Program-made: the position numbers and the translations under genes
In this document: positions 47,134 to 56,930 of the stretch, piece after piece
Position numbering within the stretch: the stretch's first letter is position 1
Layout of the letters: every line of letters starts with the position of its first letter
Source of the DNA: Candidatus Binatia bacterium
Lineage (GTDB): Bacteria; Desulfobacterota; Binatia; UBA9968; JAJDTQ01
Assembly: GCA_022823055.1 (NCBI GenBank)
Contig: JAJDXX010000050.1
Span: forward strand, 1 to 60,558
Reading direction: 5' to 3'
Length of the DNA: 60,558 bases
Notes under the pieces: generated by a model
The model's database searches: none
Told to the model about the DNA's origin: nothing
The model's input: only the letters and a program-made list of their open reading frames with translations

Positions 47134-48138
47134 ATGTCAGACCCCACCCGTTTCCGAGCCATGGTCGTCAGCGAGAACGAGGACAAGACCTTTTCTCGCG
47201 GCATCACGGAGAGGTCGGCGGATGACCTGCCGGAGGGCGAGCTGCTCGTCTCGGTGGCCTACTCGTCCCTCAACTACAAGGACGCGCTGTCGGCGTCCGG
47301 CAACAAGGGTGTGACCCGCAACTATCCCCACACACCGGGCATCGATGTCGCGGGCACCGTGGTGGAGAGCGCCGTGGGCGACTTCGCCAAGGGCGACGAG
47401 GTGGTGCTCACCGGCTTCGACCTGGGCGCCAACACCGACGGGGGCTTTGCCGAGTACGTGCGCGTGCCGGCTGCGTGGGCGGTGAGACGGCCGGACGGGC
47501 TGAGCCTCAAGGAGAGCATGGTGTACGGCACCGCTGGCTTCACCGCGGCCCTGTCGGTGCTGCGGCTGCAGGAGGGCGGGGTCACGCCCGAATCCGGCGA
47601 CGTGCTGGTCACCGGCGCCACCGGTGGGGTGGGTTGTCTGGCGGTGGCCATCCTGGCCCAGGCGGGCTACCGCGTGGTGGCTTCCACGGGCAAGGAGTCG
47701 GAGAAGGATTTCCTCACGGGATTGGGCGCGGCCGACGTCATCTCGCGGGAGGACGCCGACGACCAGTCGGGGCGGCCGCTGCTCCGGGGCGTGTGGGCCG
47801 GCGTCGTGGACACCGTCGGCGGCAACATCCTCGCCACCGCCCTCAAGTCCGCCAAGTACGGGGGCGTGGTCACCTGCTGCGGCAACGTGGCGTCGATTGA
47901 GCTGAACACCACGGTGTTCCCCTTCATCCTCCGGGACGTGCGCCTCGTCGGCGTGGCCACGCCCGACTGCCCGGCGGACATCCGTGCCACCTTGTGGGAG
48001 AAGATGGCCGGCGAATGGAAACTGCCCAACCTCGACGCCGTCACCATTGATTGTTCGCTGGACGAGCTGGACGGGCACATCGAGAGCATCCTCAAGGGCG
48101 GCGTGCGCGGCCGCGTGGTGGTGGACCTGTCGCGCTGA
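47134..48138 (+). CDS. YhdH/AcuI-family NADPH-dependent reductase (acryloyl-CoA reductase-like)
   Basis: YSSLNYKDAL, PGIDVAG, GTAGFTA, TGATGGVG, VDTVGG, TVFPFILR. Confidence 0.93.
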   Translation: MSDPTRFRAMVVSENEDKTFSRGITERSADDLPEGELLVSVAYSSLNYKDALSASGNKGVTRNYPHTPGIDVAGTVVESAVGDFAKGDEVVLTGFDLGANTDGGFAEYVRVPAAWAVRRPDGLSLKESMVYGTAGFTAALSVLRLQEGGVTPESGDVLVTGATGGVGCLAVAILAQAGYRVVASTGKESEKDFLTGLGAADVISREDADDQSGRPLLRGVWAGVVDTVGGNILATALKSAKYGGVVTCCGNVASIELNTTVFPFILRDVRLVGVATPDCPADIRATLWEKMAGEWKLPNLDAVTIDCSLDELDGHIESILKGGVRGRVVVDLSR

Positions 48139-48159
48139 CGAGGCTCGATCCGTGAGGAC

Positions 48160-48208
48160 GGCGTCTTTCGACTTCGCGCCGCTGGCGCCGTGAAGTCGAA
48201 GGGACGCC
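48160..48208. terminator. Long GC-rich hairpin downstream of the YhdH-family gene
   Basis: GGCGTCTTTCGACTTCGCG-loop-CGTGAAGTCGAAGGGACGCC; no U-tract, so terminator role uncertain. Confidence 0.45.
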
Positions 48209-48251
48209 ATGGCGCGCGTTGGCAGCCGGTAGCAGAATCGGGGAGATCGCC

Positions 48252-50321
48252 ATGGCATCGTGGATGGTAGGCATCGATACCGGAGGCTCCTTCACCGATC
48301 TGATCGCGTTTGATCCCGAGAGCGGCGAACGGCGGATTGCAAAGGTTCCGTCGAGGCCGGATGATCCTTCGGCCGCGGTGATGGATGCCCTGGATGAACT
48401 GTTCCAGTCCGGCGTCGACCCCGGCGGCATCGAGTTCCTGGTCCACGGCACCACGGTGGCCACCAACGCCATCCTGGAAGGCAAGGGCGCGCGCACGGGT
48501 CTCCTGATCACCCGCGGGTTCCGGGCGGTGTACGAGGGGCGCGGCTGGTCGCAGCCGGCGCCGGAGGACTTGGCGGATCCCTATTACGTCAAACCCACGC
48601 TGCTCGCGCCCCAGTCGCTCACCGATGAGATCACCGAGCGCCTGGACTACCTCGGCAACGTGCAGACGCCGCTCGACGAGGACGACGTCCGGCGCGCGGT
48701 TGCCAGCCTGAAGGAGAAGGAAGTCGACGCGGTGGCCGTCAACTTCCTCTTCAGCTTCCGGAACTCCGGGCACGAGGAGAGGACGGCCGGGATCATCGCC
48801 GAGATGGCGCCGGAGTGGCGCGTGTCGGTGTCGTCGCGCATCCTGCCCACCATCCGCGAGTATCCGCGGCTTTCCACCACGGTCATCGACGCCTTTGTGG
48901 GCAAGGGCATGGAAACCTACCTGCTGCGGCTCGTGGACCGGCTGCGCGCCGCCGGCATCGAGACGCCGCAGATCTTCCTGATGCAGTCCAACGGCGGCCT
49001 CATGCGCATGAACGTCGGCGCCCGCTATCCCAACCAGACGCTGCTGTCGGGCCCGGCGGCCGGGGTCGTCTCCGGCATCGAGCTGGCCGGGCGCCTGGGG
49101 CGCCGGAACCTCGTCACCTTCGACATGGGCGGCACCTCCACCGACATCAGCGTGATCCGCGACGGCCGCTCCGAGGAGACCACCGCCGGGCGGATCGCCG
49201 GGCAGGACCTCGCCACGCCCATGCTGGCTGTCCACACCCTGGGCGCGGGCGGCGGCACCATCGCCTGGATCGGCAAGGACGGGCTCATGAAGGTCGGGCC
49301 CCGGAGCGCCGGCGCTGACCCGGGGCCGGCCTGTTACGGCAGGGGCGGGGAGCTTCCTACGGTCACCGACGCCAACCTGCTGCTGGGCGCCCTGGGCGAC
49401 AGCAGCGCCCTGGGCGGGCGGCTGCGGCTCGACCGGTCCTGCGCCGAAGCGGCCGTGCGCGCGAGTCTGGCCGAGCCCCTGGACCTCGACGTGATGCAGG
49501 CTGCGGCCGGGATCCTCAGGATCGTCAACAACAACATGGCGGTGGAGTTGCGGCTGGCGCTGCAATACCGCGGCGTCGATCCGCGGGACTTCGTGCTGGT
49601 GGCCTTCGGCGGCGCCGGTCCGCTGCACGCCGGCGTGTTGGCCGAGGAACTACGGATGCCCGCGGTGCTGGTGCCGCCGAACCCCGGCCTCAACAGCGCC
49701 CTGGGGCTGCTCCAGACCCAGGTGCGCCATCTCTACCTGATATCGGATCTCGGCCTGGTGAGCGGCTACGATGCCGCGCGCATGAACCAGCGTTTCGAGG
49801 AGTTGCGCCAGCGGGCCGTGGAGGACGTCCGGGAAGAGCACTTCGAGCTGTCGGACGTGGTGTTCCGGCGCCAGGTGGACATGCGCTATCTGCACCAGGG
49901 GTACGAGCTATCCGTGGACTGCCCGGACCGGGAGATCGTGGAGGCGGACAAGGCCGGGCTCAAGGCGGCCTTCGATGATCTCCACGGCAAGGTGTACGGG
50001 TTGAGTGCCAAGGACGAGGACGCCGAGATCGTGACGTTCCGGCTGCTGGCGGAGATCGCGGTGCCGCGGCTCACGCCGCCGCCCCTGGAAACCGGGGAGC
50101 CGGGCGTCGAACACGCGGTCATCGGCCGCAGGCCGCTGTTCGACCTGAAGCGCGAGGAGTTCCTGGAGGCCGTGGTGCTGGACCGCGGGCGGCTGTTGGC
50201 CGGCAACCATATCGACGGACCCGCCGTCATCGAACAGCTCGACGCCACCACGGTGGTGCCAGAGTCGCAGCATGCCACGGTGGATGCGTTCGGCAACATC
50301 GTGATCGAGAGGAAGCTGTAA
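48252..50321 (+). CDS. Hydantoinase/oxoprolinase subunit A
   Basis: IDTGGSFTD, HGTTVATN, SGPAAG, DMGGTSTD, GAGGG, SAGADPGP, FGGAG. Confidence 0.95.
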   Translation: MASWMVGIDTGGSFTDLIAFDPESGERRIAKVPSRPDDPSAAVMDALDELFQSGVDPGGIEFLVHGTTVATNAILEGKGARTGLLITRGFRAVYEGRGWSQPAPEDLADPYYVKPTLLAPQSLTDEITERLDYLGNVQTPLDEDDVRRAVASLKEKEVDAVAVNFLFSFRNSGHEERTAGIIAEMAPEWRVSVSSRILPTIREYPRLSTTVIDAFVGKGMETYLLRLVDRLRAAGIETPQIFLMQSNGGLMRMNVGARYPNQTLLSGPAAGVVSGIELAGRLGRRNLVTFDMGGTSTDISVIRDGRSEETTAGRIAGQDLATPMLAVHTLGAGGGTIAWIGKDGLMKVGPRSAGADPGPACYGRGGELPTVTDANLLLGALGDSSALGGRLRLDRSCAEAAVRASLAEPLDLDVMQAAAGILRIVNNNMAVELRLALQYRGVDPRDFVLVAFGGAGPLHAGVLAEELRMPAVLVPPNPGLNSALGLLQTQVRHLYLISDLGLVSGYDAARMNQRFEELRQRAVEDVREEHFELSDVVFRRQVDMRYLHQGYELSVDCPDREIVEADKAGLKAAFDDLHGKVYGLSAKDEDAEIVTFRLLAEIAVPRLTPPPLETGEPGVEHAVIGRRPLFDLKREEFLEAVVLDRGRLLAGNHIDGPAVIEQLDATTVVPESQHATVDAFGNIVIERKL

Positions 50322-50346
50322 GGTCCGTCGACTCGCCCTGCAATAC

Positions 50347-50505
50347 GTCATTCCCGCGCGGAACAGGCTGTGTCAAAAACTCGTGAGCCAAGGACCTTAC
50401 GAATCGTCATTCCCGCGGAAGCGGGAATCCAGGGGTGGAGTGGCAGGGAAACGCCGCTGTAGTGCCACTCCCCCGCCCCTGGATTCCCGCTTCCGCGGGA
50501 ATGAC
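50347..50505. repeat. Nested palindromic element, copy H, between hydantoinase A and B genes
   Basis: Left arm ...GGAACAGGCTGTGTCAAAA plus inner inverted doublet. Confidence 0.9.
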
Positions 50506-50545
50506 GTTCTGTGACGTGAGTCACACTAGCGACGGGGAGGACGCC

Positions 50546-52225
50546 ATGAGCCTGGACCCCATCACAAGCGAAGTCGTGCTGAGCCGGCTGCGGGAGATCA
50601 CCGCATCCATGGCGCACGCGCTGTTCCACAGCGGCTACTCGCCGATCCTGCGGGAATCGCAGGACGGCACCGCCGGGCTGACCGACGGCACCGGCCGCGT
50701 GATCATGGTCGGCGGCGGCCTGCAGTACCATTCCCTGCTGTACACGCAGGCGGTGACCGGCGTCCTGGAGCGTTACCCGGCGGAGAAGATGAGCGAGGGG
50801 GATTCGTTTGTTTCCAACGATCCCTACAAGGCGGGAAACAGCCATGTCCCCGACATGGTGGTGGTGACGCCCGCCTTCCACCAAGGCAAGGTGGTCGCGT
50901 TCGGGGTGAGCGTGGCCCACAAGGCGGACGTCGGCGGGCTGGTGCCGGGCTCGAGCGGCGCCGGTGCGCGCGAGATCTTCCACGACGGCATCCTGCTGCC
51001 GCCGGTGCGCTTCACCACCGCCGAGGGCGTGCTGCCAGAGGTGGAGGCGATCCTGCGCAACAACAGCCGCATACCGGACGTGGTGCTCGGCGACCTGCGC
51101 GGACAGGCCGGCGCCACGAGACTCGGGGCGATCCGGTTCCAGGAGCTGCTGGAGGAGTATGGCGCGGAGACCCTGCTGGGCACCATCGACGAGCTGATGA
51201 CGCGCACGACGGCGCGGGTGCGGGCCGAGATCGCTTCGTGGCCGGACGGAGAGTTCGAGGCGGAAGGCTTCCTCGACCACGACGGCGTGGACCGCTCCAA
51301 GCCGGTGCGCATCCACGTGCGCGCCATCAAGGCCGGGGACCGGCTGACACTCGATTTCTCCGGCACCGACCCTCAGGCCCCCGGACCCATGAACACCACG
51401 CGGGTCACGGCCCGGGCGGTCTCGACGCAGGCGGTGCTGGCGGCCTCGGACCCGAGCATCCCGATGAACGCGGGCGCGTTCGAGGCCGTGGACTTCCACA
51501 TCCCGCCGGGACTCATCATCAGCCCGCAGTTCCCGGCCACTGTCAACCACTACTTCCCGACCTCGCACCTGGTCTACAACTGCGTCCTCGCCGCCATCGG
51601 CAAGTTCAACCCGCACCGGGCGGTGGCCCCCTCCGGCCTCGGCACCGGCGCCATCGCCGTCGGCTACAAGGAAAGCCGTTCCGCGGGCCGTCCGACGGTC
51701 CAGTACGAGATCATGATCACCTCGCTGGGCGGCACCAGCGACCACGACGGCGCGGCCATCGTCATGCCGGTCAACCACTTCGCCCCCGGCACGCCGGTGG
51801 AGATCCTCGAGACCGAATACCCCGTCGCCGTCCGCCGTTACGAGATCTGGCGGGATTCCGCCGGCGCCGGGCGCTGGCGCGGCGGCACGGGCTTCGTGCG
51901 CGAGTACGAGTTCCTCACCGACTGCATGCTCACCATCCGCTCCGCCAACCACCGGCAGGCGTCGTGGGGCCTCAACGGCGGCGGCCGCCCGCCCACCTCC
52001 CGCACCACCATCCAGAACCCCGGCGAGGACCCGTCCGACGCCGATATCCTGGAAAGCCGCGCGCTACGCGCCGGCGCCCGCCTCGCCGTCTTCCGCAGCG
52101 GAGGCGGCGGCTACGGCGACCCCAGGGAACGCCCCGAAGAGCTCGTGCGGCAGGATGTCGAAGACGGATACGTATCGCGGGAGAAGGCGCGGGAGGTGTA
52201 TGGGTTGGGGGGCGGCGAGGGCTGA
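50546..52225 (+). CDS. Hydantoinase B/oxoprolinase subunit
   Basis: LDPITSEV, NDPY..HVPD, HKADVGG..PGS, TPVEILE, GAGRWRGG, GGGGYGDP; RBS GGAGG. Confidence 0.95.
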   Translation: MSLDPITSEVVLSRLREITASMAHALFHSGYSPILRESQDGTAGLTDGTGRVIMVGGGLQYHSLLYTQAVTGVLERYPAEKMSEGDSFVSNDPYKAGNSHVPDMVVVTPAFHQGKVVAFGVSVAHKADVGGLVPGSSGAGAREIFHDGILLPPVRFTTAEGVLPEVEAILRNNSRIPDVVLGDLRGQAGATRLGAIRFQELLEEYGAETLLGTIDELMTRTTARVRAEIASWPDGEFEAEGFLDHDGVDRSKPVRIHVRAIKAGDRLTLDFSGTDPQAPGPMNTTRVTARAVSTQAVLAASDPSIPMNAGAFEAVDFHIPPGLIISPQFPATVNHYFPTSHLVYNCVLAAIGKFNPHRAVAPSGLGTGAIAVGYKESRSAGRPTVQYEIMITSLGGTSDHDGAAIVMPVNHFAPGTPVEILETEYPVAVRRYEIWRDSAGAGRWRGGTGFVREYEFLTDCMLTIRSANHRQASWGLNGGGRPPTSRTTIQNPGEDPSDADILESRALRAGARLAVFRSGGGGYGDPRERPEELVRQDVEDGYVSREKAREVYGLGGGEG

Positions 52226-52247
52226 CGCACAGTCGGGCACGACAGGC

Positions 52248-52276
52248 TTGACCTTCCCCTGCCAGGACCCTACACT
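52248..52276 (+). promoter_or_regulatory. Sigma70 promoter TTGACC-N17-TACACT
   Basis: Near-consensus hexamers with exact 17-bp spacing. Confidence 0.75.
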
Positions 52277-52281
52277 AATGG

Positions 52282-52341
52282 CAATACCCCTTGCGGTTTC
52301 GACCGCAGGGTGCGGGGCCTCTTCGGAGGCCCCTGCTTTTT
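52282..52341 (+). ncRNA. Putative ~60-nt structured RNA or leader: two UUCG hairpins, the second terminator-like
   Basis: CCTTGCGGT-TTCG-ACCGCAGGG then GGGGCCTC-TTCG-GAGGCCCC-TGC-TTTTT, between the promoter and NYN ATG 52354. Confidence 0.6.
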
Positions 52342-52353
52342 CAGCGGGCCTGC

Positions 52354-52980
52354 ATGCGCACCATCGTCTATGTAGATGGCTTCAATCTCTACTACGGAGC
52401 CCTCAAGGACACCTCGTGGAAGTGGCTGGATCTGGTTGCGCTCTTCGAGAAGGTGCTCCAGCCGCAGCACCAGATACTCGCGGTCAAGTACTTTACGGCA
52501 CGGGTTTCGGGAACCGCCCGGAACCCGTCGAAACCGCAGAGGCAGGACATCTATCTGCGTGCGCTCCAGAGGTACCGGCCCAACGTCGCAGTCTATTTTG
52601 GACATTTCCTCAGTCACGCGGTTAGAGCTCCCCTCGTGCAACCGTTGGGGAACCTGCGTACCGCAGAGGTGATCAGGACCGAGGAGAAAGGTTCGGACGT
52701 CAATCTCGCCGTGCACTTGGTCAATGACGGCTGGTTGGGGGTCTATGACTGCGCAATTGTCGTGAGCAATGACAGTGACCTAGCGGAAGCGATGCATCTG
52801 GTCAAACAGCACCATGGCGACAAGCGGATCGGGCTGATCACGCCACGCACAGGACGTCCCTCCCAACAGCTTATGGCTCACGCGGACTTCTCACGGCATA
52901 TTCGGCTGAATGCCCTACAGATCTCGCAGCTGCCGAACCCGATCCCCGGTACCAACATCCGCAAGCCCGCTCGCTGGTAG
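52354..52980 (+). CDS. NYN-domain (LabA/DUF88, PIN-like) putative RNase
   Basis: YVDGFNLYY, KYFTA, EEKGSDVNLA, VSNDSDL acidic motifs. Confidence 0.92.
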   Translation: MRTIVYVDGFNLYYGALKDTSWKWLDLVALFEKVLQPQHQILAVKYFTARVSGTARNPSKPQRQDIYLRALQRYRPNVAVYFGHFLSHAVRAPLVQPLGNLRTAEVIRTEEKGSDVNLAVHLVNDGWLGVYDCAIVVSNDSDLAEAMHLVKQHHGDKRIGLITPRTGRPSQQLMAHADFSRHIRLNALQISQLPNPIPGTNIRKPARW

Positions 52981-53042
52981 GCAACTTGCCTGGAATCCAA
53001 CGGCAACGCGGGCGAATGTTCACGAGGAATGCACAGACCTCC

Positions 53043-54749
53043 TCACGTCGGCGGGGCGGCGAGGAACTCGTTCAGGCGCTCGCTGACGAGCCTGCGTCGT
53101 TCGGCGAGGAAGTCCTTGTAGGCTTCAACCTCAAGGAGTCCGCCGTTCGTAGGAATGCACTGGGCCTCGAATACTGTGTGGCCCAACTTCCCAATCAACC
53201 CTGGAAAGTACTGGCTCGGAGGCTTGTCGCTAATCTGGCGGTTGGTCTTGCCGCCCACGAAGGCCAGATTAGCGATGTCATCGGCCTCGCGGCTCGAGTA
53301 GCTGTTCTTTAACACCGCCTTCGGGAAAATGTGGTGAAACTGGAGCCTATGTTGAGCACCGCGGTGTCCGAGCGAAATGGCGAGGTTTGAATGCCAGTCG
53401 TGGGCTTCGGCCGCGCGGAATGCAAGGAACATGGTCTTGAATAGGGCGCTACGCTGGTTTCGGCCTTCGAGTTCCTCTGGCTGAATGTCGAGACGCCCCA
53501 CTTGTAACCGCAGGCGGTCGACGAGTTCGGTTGCTCCGCCACGCTGACGCAGTGTCGAAAGGTCCTGGTCCAGTATCGTCTCGCTCGATCCTCGCGAGTA
53601 CCGCCCCTTGGCATTCGCCACCAGCAACCAGCGACGTAGTTGTCGTTCCTCCTCGGTACGGATTTCGTAGCGTCTAATATGTCCGTAATAGCTGAGGGTA
53701 ACGAGCAGGAATGGCGATGAAAGCAATGCAGGGCTGTCGAGTCTCGCGTTGCTCTTAAGGAAGTTAATTGCGAACTCCATCCCTCGCACGCATTCCTCCC
53801 AAGCCCGCTGTAACGTGTCCATGGGAAGATTGCCGACCGTGAGAAAGCGCGACTGTCCTGTCGCGAAGACAATCAGATTCTTCAAATGGAGACCGAGATC
53901 TAAATCGAAGTCTGCCTGGACACACTGTTTCTGGAACTCTTGCAGGATCTTTAGCGCGCCACGCCACTTGGCGGTGATTTGGGCAAGCGCGAGATCTGAG
54001 CTGCGCAGTTTCGCCCCGAGCGAGTTGACGCGTACGAAGATCTCCGTCACTTCGTCATATGAGAGTGAGCGTTCGAGGATGTCCATGCGATAAACGTACT
54101 TTCGCACTGCACGCAGGCGCGCGAGACGGCGACTGTACTTTTCGGCTCGGGGGTCATCGATGTCCGTGATGCCGGCACGCTTCAGGAACGGACTGTCGCT
54201 GTCGCTCTTGAAGACCTCTGACACCTGGACCCACTGTGGCATCTGCTCAAGCTTCCTGGTGGCCACGACGAACGTCATGCGGTTGAAACGTCGCTGAAGT
54301 TCGTCGTCGGTGGAGTCCACTTCGTCCTCAATTCGATCCTGCTCATCTTCCTCTACTCCGTCTTCATTTACTTCCGTCACGACCTCAAGGTCTTCGGGGT
54401 GGTCCAGATTGAAGAGAATCTCAATGGGTCGTCTGCGACCACGCACTCCCACGGGTTGCCCACGAACCACTGCAGAAAGTGACGTCAAACGCTGCTGCCC
54501 ATCAAGCAGCAGTCGGGTGCTTCGGTAGGGATTGTTGTGTTGGTCGAGGGCGAAGTCCTGTATAGGGACTCCCTCGTCTGTCTCCCACAAGAGAATGGCG
54601 CCAGATGGATAACCGCGATAGAGCGAATCGAGCAGGTCGCGAACGCGGGTCGAACGCCAAACGTAGCGACGTTGCATTTCCGGCAGACGTAGCTCCCCGC
54701 GTTCGATCATCCCCACCAACTCTTCGACCGTGGCCTCAGCCTTCGCCAT
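53043..54749 (-). CDS. GmrSD-family (DUF262 + DUF1524) type IV restriction-like protein
   Basis: QRRYVW, LLDGQQRLT, IFVRVNS; C-terminal HHIFPK..IANL..N HNH-like motif. Confidence 0.9.
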   Translation of the reverse strand: MAKAEATVEELVGMIERGELRLPEMQRRYVWRSTRVRDLLDSLYRGYPSGAILLWETDEGVPIQDFALDQHNNPYRSTRLLLDGQQRLTSLSAVVRGQPVGVRGRRRPIEILFNLDHPEDLEVVTEVNEDGVEEDEQDRIEDEVDSTDDELQRRFNRMTFVVATRKLEQMPQWVQVSEVFKSDSDSPFLKRAGITDIDDPRAEKYSRRLARLRAVRKYVYRMDILERSLSYDEVTEIFVRVNSLGAKLRSSDLALAQITAKWRGALKILQEFQKQCVQADFDLDLGLHLKNLIVFATGQSRFLTVGNLPMDTLQRAWEECVRGMEFAINFLKSNARLDSPALLSSPFLLVTLSYYGHIRRYEIRTEEERQLRRWLLVANAKGRYSRGSSETILDQDLSTLRQRGGATELVDRLRLQVGRLDIQPEELEGRNQRSALFKTMFLAFRAAEAHDWHSNLAISLGHRGAQHRLQFHHIFPKAVLKNSYSSREADDIANLAFVGGKTNRQISDKPPSQYFPGLIGKLGHTVFEAQCIPTNGGLLEVEAYKDFLAERRRLVSERLNEFLAAPPT

Positions 54750-54755
54750 TGCAAA

Positions 54756-55555
54756 TTATCCTCCTATCTTGTGTTCGTTGCCGAGTTCCATGAGTAGTTC
54801 TCTTGAGCAACCCGCGACGGCCTTCCAACTCTTCCGGTATATCCAGCGGTTGACATCGGTGATCATCGAGACGTCCGTGTGTCCGATGCCAACGATGTTG
54901 GAATCACCGTAGCCAGTCGATAGAGACAGGCACACGTCGTATGAAATAGGGGCGAGTAGCAGCCGTTCTGTCGCCATCCCATTAGGGTTCGGATGTGCGG
55001 TTACGGGCATGTCTCCTAGAATGTAACTATGGACGGGATCTCCGTCGCTGCGGTAGAGGCTCATTCCCATAGACTGCATCTCCTTCTTCGACCTATTTGG
55101 CCAGAAGATGGAGTATCGTTGTAAGTCTCTAACGGCCGCCATATCACTTTCCACTTCCACAAGGCCACGATCCAGTATCGCCGTAGCTGCTTTTTCGCGC
55201 GTTCTAGGATTGCGAGAGTACAGAGTGGTCAAGAACTCACAAAGAATCACTTTCTCCTCAGACTGCACGCAAATTGCGCTTCTCCAATCGCGTACTTCGC
55301 CTATCATTCGCTGAATGATGGGTGCAGCCATTCCTTCAAGGCGGGCTAATTGACTTTCGATCGAGTACCGTTGCTCCGTGTCGTTAGCCTCCAGCGTATA
55401 GTAGTCTTTCTTGATAAACAGCGTCTCTGGGCTCACGGGCACGGGTGTACTCTCGGGGTCGGTCTTCTCGAGCCGAAAGAGACAATCTTCTTTCGCGAAA
55501 CCCTTAATCAGGAACTTGGGAATGTAGTGTTGACGTCTAGTGTGTGTCCAGACAT
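54756..55555 (-). pseudogene. DUF4238-domain gene with apparent 2-nt frameshift in an (AC)4 tract just after the start codon
   Basis: RRQHYIPKFLIKGF is in frame with track ORF 54756-55442 but has no in-frame ATG/GTG/TTG; deleting one AC at 55540-55547 joins ATG 55555 to give MSGHTRRQHYIPKF; ILGDMPV and APIS motifs downstream. Confidence 0.7.
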
Positions 55556-55645
55556 GGCACCATATCCAGGATGGAAACTTGCGCGCTGGCTAGTCGAGTT
55601 CAATCAGGGGATGGCCGGCCGCCCGAGCCTCCTCCGGAAACACCT

Positions 55646-56809
55646 TCACCCGTCCAGCTTGAACAGCCGCTCGGCGTTGCCGTGGCGGATGAGTTCCTTG
55701 GTGTCCTCGGAGAGGTTCTTGTTGACGGCCAGGAGCTGGACGTCGCGGAACTTCATGCTGCCGCCGGGGTCGTCGTGAGGGTAGTCGGTGGCGAACAGGA
55801 AGCGCTCGGCTCCGAGAAAGTCGATGGCGTCGGGCAGCGCGGCCTCTTCGGTCTCGATGGTGAAGTAGAAGTTGTTGCGGAAGTAGTGGCTCGCGGGCTG
55901 CTTGTTTTTCTCCAGGAACACCTCGGGGCCGTAGAATGCCCGGTGGCGGCGCAGCTTGGCCTTTACTCCCCGCATGACGTCGGCATCGGCATCCCCGTCG
56001 TAGTCGACGGGAGGGCCGGCGAAGGCGGCGTCGAGCCTTTCCACGAGGGGCCTGATGAAGCCCGTCCCCGCCTCGGTGAAGATGAACTGGAGGCCGGGGA
56101 AGTCGTCCAGGAGGCCGCTGGTCACCAGCGATACCAGGCTCACCTGGCCCTCCTGGGGCGCGAAGAGGTAGAGGCCGTCCTTCTGGAAGTTGGGCAGGTT
56201 GCTGATGCGGTGGCCGTGCTGGATGTTGTGGAGGAAGATGGGCATCTCCATCTCCTCCGCCCGGGCGAAGAACGGCCACAGCTCCTTGTGGCTGCCGAGG
56301 CTCTCGCCGTAGGGGTGGTCCTGCACCGGGAAGACCTTGTCCAGCACCACCGCGCAAAACCCCTCCTTCTGCGCCCACTCCATCTCACGGATAGCGGCGG
56401 GCACGTCCTGGAGCTGCACGATGGCCACGCCGACGAGGCAGTCGTGGCGCTCCATCATGCGCAGGTTGGACAGGTTGTAGGAGCGGGCGATGGCCGAGGC
56501 CAGCTCCGGCTCGATCATATAGGTCCACCAGCCGGAGAACTGCGGCAGCACGAACTGCTGGTCCACGCCGAGCACGGGCATCTCGTCGAGCCGCACCTGG
56601 AGGTCCACGAGCCCCTTCATCTTGGCGCCGGAGCCCGGCGCCCCCAGCGGCGTCACGCCCGGGACTTCGGGCGGCCCGCCCGGAAACTCCATGTCGATGA
56701 GCAGTCCTTCCTCGCTGTAAACGGGGATCGGGGCCTTGTCGCGGAACTCTTCGGGCATGTAGTCGAAGGCGTCCTCGGGCATGATGTGGGTGTCGCAGTC
56801 GATGATCAC
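55646..56809 (-). CDS. Amidohydrolase-2 family protein
   Basis: IIDCDTH, PIFLH, LDDFPGL..EAG, FATDYPHDD; GTG start with RBS AGGAGG. Confidence 0.92.
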   Translation of the reverse strand: MIIDCDTHIMPEDAFDYMPEEFRDKAPIPVYSEEGLLIDMEFPGGPPEVPGVTPLGAPGSGAKMKGLVDLQVRLDEMPVLGVDQQFVLPQFSGWWTYMIEPELASAIARSYNLSNLRMMERHDCLVGVAIVQLQDVPAAIREMEWAQKEGFCAVVLDKVFPVQDHPYGESLGSHKELWPFFARAEEMEMPIFLHNIQHGHRISNLPNFQKDGLYLFAPQEGQVSLVSLVTSGLLDDFPGLQFIFTEAGTGFIRPLVERLDAAFAGPPVDYDGDADADVMRGVKAKLRRHRAFYGPEVFLEKNKQPASHYFRNNFYFTIETEEAALPDAIDFLGAERFLFATDYPHDDPGGSMKFRDVQLLAVNKNLSEDTKELIRHGNAERLFKLDG

Positions 56810-56930
56810 GGGCAGGTCCTCCTGGTCGAATGAGTAGCTATTAGCCCTGTTGGGCGGCGTTATCAAGCCGGCGGGACCGTCGTGTGGGGGATCCTTCGGT
56901 TGCCCGTGCGACGCACGAAACGGTAAGAAG

